Positions 1 through 8,335 of a stretch of DNA of 32,000 bases are shown here, piece after piece. The stretch covers positions 900,001 to 932,000 of the forward strand of contig NC_017448.1 in NCBI RefSeq assembly GCF_000146505.1, read 5' to 3'. Position 1 is the stretch's first letter, and each line of letters starts with the position of its first letter. The notes under the pieces are model-generated. The model was not told the origin of the DNA. It did no database searches and saw only the letters and a program-made list of their open reading frames with translations. Both the position numbers and the translations under genes were made by a program. Origin of the DNA: Fibrobacter succinogenes subsp. succinogenes S85 (lineage in GTDB: Bacteria > Fibrobacterota > Fibrobacteria > Fibrobacterales > Fibrobacteraceae).

Positions 1-1
1 C

Positions 2-2356
2 TCACCTTATGTTATTGCGCTAACCGTTGTTGCATTAATCATCGTATGCTATTTTCCCATCATGCTTGGACAAAAGACGTCAGTCAAGCAGCTCCCCAGA
101 TCCATACACCAGCTGGTGATTATCAGCATATTCTGGCAAGCGAGCAACTTGATTGGCGACATCTTTTTTAGCGGTGACAATTTTATTGCAGGCACAAAAG
201 CCTATACGGCAAGGCAGCTCATATTCTGCACATCTGCCCTTGGTTGGATCCAGCTTGGAAACGCGATACAGCACACCGCCGAAATCAGCCTCAAGATAAA
301 GAGGAAGAACGGCTGGAAGCTCATGAATATATTCGGAGCGCTGGCAATTCTGCTTTCGACTTATGCATTCATCAAGGATCCAAGTTACATTCCCGACATG
401 AATTTCTTTGGATACAGACCTTTTGCCGAAAGGCCTGTATTCCACTTTTATACATTGCTGTTCTGCCTTTTTGTAGTCCCCAATATCATCGTGACGGGCT
501 ACATCATGCTCCGCAATATCGTGCATTCTAGCGATACGACACTCCCCCACCAGGTAAGCATATACATGTTGACCTCGTTCGTGTTTTTTGTAACGCTAGC
601 AGCGCTTTTTGACTTTATCATCCCCATTTCAACAAAGTTCAACAATTACGACCAGTTCCTCAAATGGTCGCAGTTCATCTCCGTATTCCTCGCCGTTCTT
701 TCCGGACAATACTTCACGTCCGTTTCATTCAAGAACAAGAGTGCTTCCTGGTTCTTGGACAAGCTAAAGGACAGGATGGTCGACGGAATCATCTATTACA
801 ACTACAAAGGTGAAATCCAGCTGGCAAACCCGGCTGCACTAAGCATTTTGCACACCACCCAAGAGGCGCTCCACAACAAGAAAATCACGTCCATATTTCC
901 GCAGATTCAAGACCCGGCACGCGAATCAACTTACAACAAAATAAGAATCAAGATTGACAACGAAGACCATATTTTCAACGTCTCGATTTTTGAAATTCGC
1001 CAGTCGTTGACAACAAACTACAATGCGGCATTCTTTAGCGATGTTTCAAACACGCTTCATTACCAGCAGATTATCAAAAACCGCGATGAACAGTTCAAGG
1101 AATACCAGCTTGACCAGATCCGTTATCAGGAACGTCTGAACATTTGGAAAAAGAAGGTCGACGAAAGCAAGTACTTCCTGGACACGCTAATCAGTACGCT
1201 CCCCTTCCGTTTCTGGTCCAAGAACGAACAGGGCGTATTCATGACGCAGAACCAGAACGACATCAAGAACCGCGGAAACCTGCTACAGACATCCGAACCG
1301 GACAACAAGATTTTGCCACAGGAACTTCTAGCTCGTAACGAAGGCGAACCGCAGAGTTTCATTTCTTACGAACGAATTAAAAAGACGCTCAACGAAAATA
1401 ACGAAGAAGAAGAAGATATCGAAATTTTGAAACAGGACGACTACAACATGGCCGTCCGCAAAGGGGTTGCCAAGGATATCATGATTTTCAACAACATGTT
1501 CATCCCCATCATGGCCCCGCGCAAGCCGTACAAAATAATCGGTATCAAAATTGACATTACCAAGGAAATGCGTCTTGAGAAAGAACGCGACATGCTGCAA
1601 GAACAGAAGCACATCCACTCGAGGCTCGAAGAACTTGGCACCATCTGCGGTGGCTTCGCCCACGACTACAACAACATTCTCGGTTCACAAATCGGGTTCT
1701 GCGATCTCGCCCTTGAAGTGCTCGACAAGGATAACCAAGCTTACATGTTCATCCAGGAAGCACGCAAGGCGGCCACACGCGGCAAGGAATCGCTCGAGGA
1801 ACTCCTGAACACCATCCGCGGAAAGACTTCCGAGAAGGACAAGCTCACGGAATTTGCACCGTACATGATTATTGACGACGTGGTGAAGAAGCTCTGGATT
1901 ACGCTCCCGCCGAACGTGAAAGTCAAGGCCGAAAAACTAGACAAGAACATCCGCATCGTCGGAAACGTCTCGGCACTTGACCGCATTATCAGCAACCTCG
2001 CAAACAATGCCATCTTCGCCATGAAGGAAAACGGCGGTACGCTCACAATTGCCCTCAAGCGCGAAGTGCTCACGGAACCGCTCATTACGCCGTACGCCCC
2101 GCAAATTGAAGCAGGTACGTATGCCAAGATTACAGTCGAGGATACAGGCACCGGCATGGACACCGCCACCCTCGAACGCATCTTTTCACCGTTCTTTACG
2201 ACCAAGGCACCGGGTGAAGGCCTCGGTTTGGGCCTATCTTCGGCATTAAGACTGCTAAAAGAAGGCAATGCGGGCTATACGGTACAAACAACCTTGGGCG
2301 AAGGAACTATTTTTAATCTATATTGGTCTATAAGAAACGAGAAAATGGAGGCTTAA
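2..2356 (+). CDS. Membrane sensor histidine kinase (multi-TM N-terminus, PAS-like/coiled-coil middle, HisKA + HATPase_c); 5' end probably outside the window
   Basis: The frame is open from nt 2 (SPYVIALTVVALIIVCYFPIM...), so the ATG at 62 lies inside a hydrophobic helix. Several more hydrophobic helices occur in the first ~230 aa. H-box FAHDYNNILGS, N-box NLANNAIFAM, G1 VEDTGTGM, G2 GEGLGLGLS. Stop TAA 2354-2356. Confidence 0.85.
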   Translation, partial: SPYVIALTVVALIIVCYFPIMLGQKTSVKQLPRSIHQLVIISIFWQASNLIGDIFFSGDNFIAGTKAYTARQLIFCTSALGWIQLGNAIQHTAEISLKIKRKNGWKLMNIFGALAILLSTYAFIKDPSYIPDMNFFGYRPFAERPVFHFYTLLFCLFVVPNIIVTGYIMLRNIVHSSDTTLPHQVSIYMLTSFVFFVTLAALFDFIIPISTKFNNYDQFLKWSQFISVFLAVLSGQYFTSVSFKNKSASWFLDKLKDRMVDGIIYYNYKGEIQLANPAALSILHTTQEALHNKKITSIFPQIQDPARESTYNKIRIKIDNEDHIFNVSIFEIRQSLTTNYNAAFFSDVSNTLHYQQIIKNRDEQFKEYQLDQIRYQERLNIWKKKVDESKYFLDTLISTLPFRFWSKNEQGVFMTQNQNDIKNRGNLLQTSEPDNKILPQELLARNEGEPQSFISYERIKKTLNENNEEEEDIEILKQDDYNMAVRKGVAKDIMIFNNMFIPIMAPRKPYKIIGIKIDITKEMRLEKERDMLQEQKHIHSRLEELGTICGGFAHDYNNILGSQIGFCDLALEVLDKDNQAYMFIQEARKAATRGKESLEELLNTIRGKTSEKDKLTEFAPYMIIDDVVKKLWITLPPNVKVKAEKLDKNIRIVGNVSALDRIISNLANNAIFAMKENGGTLTIALKREVLTEPLITPYAPQIEAGTYAKITVEDTGTGMDTATLERIFSPFFTTKAPGEGLGLGLSSALRLLKEGNAGYTVQTTLGEGTIFNLYWSIRNEKMEA

Positions 2357-2730
2357 TGTCTACAATACTCATCATTGACGATGACGCTCAGCTCAACCTC
2401 ATGTTGAAGTCTGCTCTGGAATTAAAAGGTTATACTGTCGATACTGCTAGCAACGGTAAGAAAGCAAAGACTCTTTATCAGAAGAACACGTACGATGTAA
2501 TCATCACCGACATTATCATGCCGGAAGGTGACGGATTTGAAGTTGTCCTTGACCTCCGTCGCATGGGCATGAGCGACCGCACGATCGCGATTAGCGGTGG
2601 TGGCCGTACTTCTGCTGAAGACTATCTTGCAACGGCTCAGCACTTCGATGTAGCCGCAATTTTCAGCAAGCCGCTGGATCTCCAGCAGCTCCGCAACAAA
2701 GTTGACGAGATTATCAAAGCACATTCGTAA
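2356..2730 (+). CDS. Single-domain (CheY-like) response regulator receiver protein
   Basis: TAATG stop/start overlap with the kinase (TAA 2354-2356, ATG 2356-2358), with GGAGG just upstream. Receiver motifs: ILIIDDD, DVIITDIIMPEGDG (phospho-acceptor Asp context), IAISGGG, FSKPL. The ORF-track start at 2323 lies inside the kinase gene and is rejected. Confidence 0.9.
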   Translation: MSTILIIDDDAQLNLMLKSALELKGYTVDTASNGKKAKTLYQKNTYDVIITDIIMPEGDGFEVVLDLRRMGMSDRTIAISGGGRTSAEDYLATAQHFDVAAIFSKPLDLQQLRNKVDEIIKAHS

Positions 2731-2738
2731 TAGCATAA

Positions 2739-4295
2739 ATGATGAATATCCTGATCGCTGATTTTGATCGGAAATTTGTCGAGGAGCTACAGCGCAACTG
2801 GTCCATCGCCGGAACGAACCTCCTGGTCTGCTCCGACGAAAAGACTCTAATGCCGCTAATAAAAAAGACGTCGATAGACCTTGCGTTTATCGAGGTTCCT
2901 TTTTTAATGCTCGACAATATGGATTTGATCAGCTATTTGAAGGAACGCCAGCCTGGTGTAGAAATCTTTGTGCTGTGCGATGACCGCAACTGGCAGGGGG
3001 CCGCTAGCGCCATCACTCGTGGTGCAAGCAGCTTCTTGAAGAAGCCGGTCACGCTATCGCTCCTTGAGAGCACGACAAGCAAGATCCAGGCTCAGCAACA
3101 AAATAAGTCCAACACACAGCTCATGGAATCCCAAGTGTTGGACAGCCTTCTCGGCGACACGCCCGAGATGCGCAAAATCCTCAAGACAGTTTATAAGGTT
3201 GCACCGACTAACAGCACTTTGCTTATAACCGGCGAGTCTGGTTCGGGCAAGGAATTTTTGGCAAACGTCGTCCACCGCTACAGCAAGCGCGCGAACGAAC
3301 CGTTTGTGCCGGTCAACTGCGGCGCCATCCCCGAAAACCTCGTGGAAAGCGAACTCTTCGGTAGCAAGAAGGGATCGTACACAGGCTCTACCGCCGACAA
3401 AAAGGGCTTGTTTGAATCCGCCAATGGCGGTACGCTTTTCCTCGACGAAGTCGGCGAGCTTTCGCTTGCAACGCAAGTGAAGCTTTTACGTTTTCTGCAA
3501 AGCCACGAGATTCGTCGCGTGGGCGAAACGGAAGCCCGCTATTTGGACATCCGCATTATCGCAGCAACCAACCGCGATCTGCAAAAATCCATGCACGAGG
3601 GGCGTTTCCGCGAAGACCTTTACTACCGCTTGAATACGTTCCACTTGCAGCTCCCGCCGCTCCGCGACAGGAAGCCCGTCATCCCGAACTTGATTCGTTA
3701 CTTTATCTTAAAGAACAAGGAAGCGCAGGGCAAGGAAATCCATGACCTTGAACCCGCCGCTCTTTATGCTTTGACAAAGTACCCCTACCCCGGAAACATC
3801 CGCGAGCTCGAAAACATCATGGAGCATGCGATTGTGCTTTCGGAAGGTGGAGTCATCAAGCTCGAAGACTTGCCGGAATATGTGCAGGTGGAAGCCCGTG
3901 AAAAGGCGGTTGCGATTCCGCATATCAAGGAAGCCGGCGGCCTTAAAGAAAGCGCTAGCGAGCCTGTTTTCGACAACGCCGAAGATGCGGAAGAGAATGA
4001 AAAGTCTGTCGAGAATCCTCTCGGAAAGCCGATTCATTTTGAACCGATTTCGGGCAAGACGGATAGAGCAGGGCTTTTGACGCACAACCCGACGAAGTTC
4101 ATCACGCATAATCCTGCGCCCGAAGAAGAAGAAATTCTTTCGCTCGACGAGATGGAACGCAGGCACATTCTGCATGCGCTCAGCATTTGCAAGAACAACA
4201 AAACGGAAGTCTGCAAAAAACTCGGCATTAGCCGCGCTACACTTTGGCGCAAGCTCAAAGAGCTTAAAATTGAAATGGACGGCGGAGAGGAGTGA
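2739..4295 (+). CDS. Sigma-54-dependent enhancer-binding protein (NtrC family) with an atypical N-terminal receiver-like domain and a C-terminal Fis-type HTH
   Basis: Lies 8 nt after the receiver gene. AAA+ motifs: Walker A GESGSGKE, Walker B TLFLDEVGEL, REDLYYRL. GSYTGS sits in the position of the GAFTGA loop. C-terminal HTH NKTEVCKKLGISRATLWRKLKE. The receiver-like N-terminus has Glu (FIEV) where the phospho-Asp is expected. Confidence 0.9.
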   Translation: MMNILIADFDRKFVEELQRNWSIAGTNLLVCSDEKTLMPLIKKTSIDLAFIEVPFLMLDNMDLISYLKERQPGVEIFVLCDDRNWQGAASAITRGASSFLKKPVTLSLLESTTSKIQAQQQNKSNTQLMESQVLDSLLGDTPEMRKILKTVYKVAPTNSTLLITGESGSGKEFLANVVHRYSKRANEPFVPVNCGAIPENLVESELFGSKKGSYTGSTADKKGLFESANGGTLFLDEVGELSLATQVKLLRFLQSHEIRRVGETEARYLDIRIIAATNRDLQKSMHEGRFREDLYYRLNTFHLQLPPLRDRKPVIPNLIRYFILKNKEAQGKEIHDLEPAALYALTKYPYPGNIRELENIMEHAIVLSEGGVIKLEDLPEYVQVEAREKAVAIPHIKEAGGLKESASEPVFDNAEDAEENEKSVENPLGKPIHFEPISGKTDRAGLLTHNPTKFITHNPAPEEEEILSLDEMERRHILHALSICKNNKTEVCKKLGISRATLWRKLKELKIEMDGGEE

Positions 4296-4341
4296 GCGGC
4301 TACGCCGCAGTTGGCAGAACTTAGACAGCTACGCTCTTACC

Positions 4342-5313
4342 TCATACCTCAACGAGTGTTGCGACTAAGCAGGAATCTTTCGTTGAACCGCTACCGACAA
4401 AGTCTACGTCTTGGGATTTTTTCCAAGACGTTTTTGCATTCGGATGCACGGAAGAAACAGCGGCGAGGACATCGCGAGCAAAAGCGGACAGGTTGAATTC
4501 GCTGTAGTTGGAACTCACCATGAAAAATCCGCCGGAATTCAGAATCGTAGCACAGTCGGCAACGAGCGGCATCAAGTGTTCGCGCACGTTAAAGTTAAAG
4601 CCCTTAAAGCGAGCAAAGCTTGGCGGGTCCAGCACGATGCCGTCAAAACGGAGCCCTTTCTTTTGAGCCCAATGCACGTATTCGATAGCGTTACCGCGGA
4701 AGAACTCGCCAGGACGCAAATCAAGGCCGTTTAAGGCATAATTTTCACGGCCCTTGTCGAGAATCTTGCCGCTGATATCGGCGTTTGTAGCAACCGCAGC
4801 ACCGCCTAGACGGGCGTGTACGGAGAAGCTGCACGTATAGCTAAAAAGATTGAGGAAGCGAAGGCTTTCACCGGACATGGCGCGGAATCGTTCTTCGACT
4901 TCGAGGCGCACGTGACGCATATCCAAAAAAAGTCCCGGATTGATTGTATCGAGCAAGTCCACATGGAATTGAGCATTGCCTTCGCGAACGGTTCCAACGG
5001 CATCTTCACGCGTACCAATCACGACATCCATCGGAGCGTTCTCAAGCGATTTTCCAGAGCTCGAAAGGCGTTCCTTAGAGACTACGCAAACGGGATTGAA
5101 AAGAGCGGCCAAGGCCTCGACAATTTCAGTTTTGCTCGTCAAAAGCTCCGGTCCAAAAAACTGCATCTGGTAACGGTCGCCGAACTTGTCTATCGTGAGT
5201 CCCGGGAAACCGTCGGCAGCGCCATTCACAATGCGCAAAGCATCCGTTACATCAAATAACTGGGCGCGCTTGGATAATGCAGACTTTAAAAGATCGGAGT
5301 ATTTATAATTCAT
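4342..5313 (-). CDS. Class I SAM-dependent methyltransferase, RlmI/RlmK-like (rRNA m5C-type), lacking a long N-terminal PUA extension
   Basis: Motif I-like FLNLFSYTCSFSV and motif IV-like IVLDPPSFA are typical of the RlmI/YwbD family. 323-aa ORF with an ATG start. Confidence 0.75.
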   Translation of the reverse strand: MNYKYSDLLKSALSKRAQLFDVTDALRIVNGAADGFPGLTIDKFGDRYQMQFFGPELLTSKTEIVEALAALFNPVCVVSKERLSSSGKSLENAPMDVVIGTREDAVGTVREGNAQFHVDLLDTINPGLFLDMRHVRLEVEERFRAMSGESLRFLNLFSYTCSFSVHARLGGAAVATNADISGKILDKGRENYALNGLDLRPGEFFRGNAIEYVHWAQKKGLRFDGIVLDPPSFARFKGFNFNVREHLMPLVADCATILNSGGFFMVSSNYSEFNLSAFARDVLAAVSSVHPNAKTSWKKSQDVDFVGSGSTKDSCLVATLVEV

Positions 5314-5449
5314 AAGAAACTGCAGCTATGAGGTATGAGCACGGTCGCCTCCGGCTCCCTCTGAGGTATAAGATTTAATTCAAAGATAGCTTTTTATTGC
5401 AGAAATAATATCGCTCATACCCCAAAGCGTAGCGAGCCCAAACCTCAAA

Positions 5450-5462
5450 GGCGCACTGCGCC
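5450..5462 (-). terminator. Possible nrdR terminator hairpin
   Basis: GGCGC-ACT-GCGCC hairpin 4 nt beyond the nrdR stop. On the minus strand it is followed by TTTGAGGTTTGGG, which is only partly U-rich. The stem is short. Confidence 0.3.
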
Positions 5463-5465
5463 GCT

Positions 5466-5909
5466 CTACTTATCAAGAGTCTTGATTTGGTCGACGAACT
5501 CGCCTACTTCCTTGAATTCGCGGTAGATGGAGGCGAAACGCACATAGGCCACAGCGTCAAGCTTTTTGAGTTCCTGCATCACGAGGTTGCCAATCTGATC
5601 GTAGCTCACTTCAAAGCCTTCCGACATCTGCAACGAATTTTCCACGCGCGTCACCAGCTGTTCGATATCGTCCATGGAAACCGGGCGCTTTTTGCAGGAG
5701 TTCATAATGCCACGTTGCAATTTTTCGCGCTGGAAAGGTTCGCGCTCGCCGCTACGCTTAATAACGGTCAACGGCTGGACTTCGATATACTCACGGGTCG
5801 TAAAGCGACGGCCACAAGCACAACATTCACGACGACGACGAATGGACGAGCCACTCACGCGGCTATCGACAACCTTGTCGTTATCATTCTTGCAAAACGG
5901 GCAAATCAT
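5466..5909 (-). CDS. nrdR: Transcriptional repressor NrdR (zinc ribbon + ATP-cone)
   Basis: N-terminus MICPFCKNDNDKVVDSRVS...IRRRRECCACGRRFTTREYIE is the canonical NrdR zinc-ribbon signature. Size is 147 aa and the ATP-cone follows. Confidence 0.95.
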   Translation of the reverse strand: MICPFCKNDNDKVVDSRVSGSSIRRRRECCACGRRFTTREYIEVQPLTVIKRSGEREPFQREKLQRGIMNSCKKRPVSMDDIEQLVTRVENSLQMSEGFEVSYDQIGNLVMQELKKLDAVAYVRFASIYREFKEVGEFVDQIKTLDK

Positions 5910-5972
5910 GCTTTGAATATAGCACTTTTTAATGGGAAAATGCGCAAAATCACAATAAAATTACATTGTTTT

Positions 5973-6007
5973 AGTAGGAAGTAGACAGTAGGCAGTTAGA
6001 AGTAGTG
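5973..6007. repeat. Five tandem degenerate heptamers AGTAGGA AGTAGAC AGTAGGC AGTTAGA AGTAGTG
   Basis: Read directly from the sequence. It has a strict 7-nt register and lies between the tkt terminator and the nrdR start. Confidence 0.8.
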
Positions 6008-6008
6008 C

Positions 6009-6041
6009 AAAAAAACGGCACCGTCATCGGCACCGTTTTTT
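6009..6041 (-). terminator. Rho-independent (potentially bidirectional) terminator downstream of tkt
   Basis: An A7 run, then hairpin CGG-CA-CCG TCAT CGG-CA-CCG, then a T6 run. On the minus strand this reads as hairpin plus a U-tract, 25 nt after the tkt stop. Confidence 0.6.
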
Positions 6042-6065
6042 AAATGTTTCGATTGCGTTAGCTAA

Positions 6066-8141
6066 TTAAGCGTTTGCTTTCTTGAAGTCTTCGACGTTCT
6101 TGGCGTATTCAGCGAGGTATTCCTTAGCGGCTGCGGCAACAGCTTCCGGAACGTAACCGAATTCCTTTTCGAGGACGCCTGCCGGAGCAGAAGCACCGAA
6201 GCGTTCGAGACCGGAGACCTTACCGAAGCCACCCACGACCTGGGCGAACAAGAGCGGAAGACCGCTGGACTTAGCAAACACCGGAGTCCACGGAGCGATG
6301 ATGCTATCGCGGTAAGATTTCGGCTGCTTGAGGAAGAGAGCCGGGCTAATCATGGAAACCACGCGCACAGACTTGCCTTCGTCGCGGAGGAGTTCAGCAG
6401 CCTGGTGTTCGAGGAGAACGTCACTGCCGTTTGCAACCAAAGTAAGATCCGGCTTCTTGCCTGCGGCAGTGTTGTCGCTGACAATGTAAGCGCCCTGGCG
6501 GCAAGCCTTGGCAGCTTCGTAGCGGTTTTCACCCGGAAGCGTGTTCACGACCTGGCGAGTGAGGATGAGAGCCGTCGGGCTGTCGTTGTTTTCGAAAGCC
6601 ATTTCCCATGCGGCAAGAGTTTCATAAGCGTCAGCCGGGCGGAGCACAAGCATTTCAGCCTTGCCGCTAGCCTTCGTGAGGCTTTCGAGCAAACGAATCT
6701 GCGTTTCGTGTTCAATCGGCTGGTGCGTCGGACCATCTTCACCCACGCGGAAGCTGTCGTGCGTAAACACGTACTTGACCGGGAGGCCCATGAGAGCGGC
6801 CATACGGATTGCCGGCTTCATGAAGTCACTGAAGACAAAGAACGTTGCGCAAATCGGATAGAGACCGCCGTGGAGAGCGATACCGTTTGCAATGGCACCC
6901 ATCGTGAGTTCTGCAACGCCGACCTGGACAAATGCACCCTTGAAGTCGTTAGCGCGGAAGATGCCCGTCTTGTCGAGGAATGCCTGCGTGTTGTCGGAGT
7001 TCGAAAGGTCTGCAGAGCTGCAGATGATGTTGTGATAATTTTCAGCGAGGTAGCCAAGAACCGTACCGCTCGTGACGCGAGTTGCAACACCTTCCTTGAT
7101 GTTGAGCTTGGAGAGGTCGATCTTGAGACCCTTGCCCGAGAGCCATTCATTGAGGGTAGCGGACTTTTCGGCGTTAGCCTTGTCCCAAGCGGCCTTAGCC
7201 TTCTTCCATTCGGCGACCTGCTTGCGGAGTTCGTTAGCGCGGGCTTCAAAGCCAGCCTTCACGTCGTCAAAGACCTGGAACGGATCGTCCGGATTGCCAC
7301 CGAGATTCTTGACCGTAGCAGAGGTAGAAGCACCTGCGGCATTGAGCGGCTGACCGTGAGTAGAGACAGCGCCTTCGTAACTCTTGCCGTCTTCGGCGAT
7401 AGCGCCCTTGGCCATCGTGGTGTGACCGTAGACAAGCACCGGCTTTTCGGTTTCGGCCCAAGCGGCCTTGAATGCCTTGCGGAGTTCAGCAATGTTGGAA
7501 CCGTCGCATTCGATAACGCGGAAGCCCCAGGATTCGTACTGCTTCACGAAGTCATGGTCCATCACATCTTCGGTTTTGCAGCTGAGCTGGACCTGGTTTG
7601 CGTCGTAGAAGAAAATGAGGTTCGAAAGCTTGAGGTGACCTGCAATGCGGCCCACGCCGTATGCGATTTCTTCTTCGAGACCGCCGTCAGAAACGAGGCA
7701 GACGGTCTTGTGTTCGAGGATGGAGCCAAAGCGTTCAACCATGAAGCGTTCGGCGATAGCACCACCGAGAGCAATGCCGTGACCGATACCGAGCGGGCCC
7801 GAGGAGTTTTCAATGCCGAGGGCGACATCGACTTCCGGATGGCCCGGAGTGCGGCTGCCAAGCTGGCGGAAGTTCTTCACGTCTTCGAGCGTGAGACGGT
7901 TCGTAAGGACGAGTTCGGAGTAGAGGAGCGGACTCATGTGGCCCGGGTCCATGAAGAAACGGTCACGAGCCATCCAGTTGGCGTCGTCCGGATCGAAACG
8001 CAAGAATTCAGCAAACAAAAGCGTGATGGCGTCTGCGGCGCCCATGGCTCCACCCGGATGTCCGGACTTGGCCTTCTGCACCATCGCGGCAGAAAGGATA
8101 CGGACGTTGTCAGCTGCTTTTGTAACTAATGAATCTTGCAC
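6066..8141 (-). CDS. tkt: Transketolase
   Basis: N-terminus ...NVRILSAAMVQKAKSGHPGGAMGAAD and full-length similarity to the Tkt architecture (TPP-binding, Pyr and C-terminal domains). GTG start at 8139-8141 is preceded by AAGGGG. Confidence 0.95.
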   Translation of the reverse strand: MQDSLVTKAADNVRILSAAMVQKAKSGHPGGAMGAADAITLLFAEFLRFDPDDANWMARDRFFMDPGHMSPLLYSELVLTNRLTLEDVKNFRQLGSRTPGHPEVDVALGIENSSGPLGIGHGIALGGAIAERFMVERFGSILEHKTVCLVSDGGLEEEIAYGVGRIAGHLKLSNLIFFYDANQVQLSCKTEDVMDHDFVKQYESWGFRVIECDGSNIAELRKAFKAAWAETEKPVLVYGHTTMAKGAIAEDGKSYEGAVSTHGQPLNAAGASTSATVKNLGGNPDDPFQVFDDVKAGFEARANELRKQVAEWKKAKAAWDKANAEKSATLNEWLSGKGLKIDLSKLNIKEGVATRVTSGTVLGYLAENYHNIICSSADLSNSDNTQAFLDKTGIFRANDFKGAFVQVGVAELTMGAIANGIALHGGLYPICATFFVFSDFMKPAIRMAALMGLPVKYVFTHDSFRVGEDGPTHQPIEHETQIRLLESLTKASGKAEMLVLRPADAYETLAAWEMAFENNDSPTALILTRQVVNTLPGENRYEAAKACRQGAYIVSDNTAAGKKPDLTLVANGSDVLLEHQAAELLRDEGKSVRVVSMISPALFLKQPKSYRDSIIAPWTPVFAKSSGLPLLFAQVVGGFGKVSGLERFGASAPAGVLEKEFGYVPEAVAAAAKEYLAEYAKNVEDFKKANA

Positions 8142-8335
8142 GGTCTAACCCCTTTAGAGTTTTGTTTTTACGCGGCAAATTTAGTTTTTTCTTGCGAAAC
8201 TCTCAAGGTATATTGTCAAATGAAAAGCCCAAAGCAATAAAAAGTTATATTTTCGCAACAACCTAAAATAATCCAAAAACGCCCCAAAAGAAGCAATTCC
8301 TGGAGCGCTTTTACGTGTTATCGAGAAGGAACCAA

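Noticed and set aside
5913-5969. Possible NrdR boxes upstream of nrdR: TGAATATAGCAC (5913-5924) and the inverted repeat ACAAT-N9-ATTGT (5952-5970).
   Set aside because: Neither fits the 16-bp NrdR palindrome (acaCwAtATaTwGtgt) in length, and their spacing is not the ~31-32 bp seen for tandem boxes. No nrd genes lie in the window to support a regulon context.
6405-8129. A 574-aa plus-strand ORF antisense to transketolase. Similar antisense ORFs occur at 5487-5984 (nrdR), 22479-23318 (priA), 28938-30233 and 30264-31265 (OMP gene).
   Set aside because: Each overlaps a gene with unmistakable homology on the other strand. Their translations have no recognisable motifs and are Arg/Val/Phe-biased. 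They are shadow ORFs caused by codon bias.
8315-8335. GTG start at 8315 for the GT-C gene, and similarly extended ORF-track starts at 2323, 19177, 21911 and 27070.
   Set aside because: Downstream ATGs have better support: Shine-Dalgarno-like sequences at 8336, 2356 and 21899; avoidance of gene overlap at 19219; and avoidance of the terminator hairpin at 27106.
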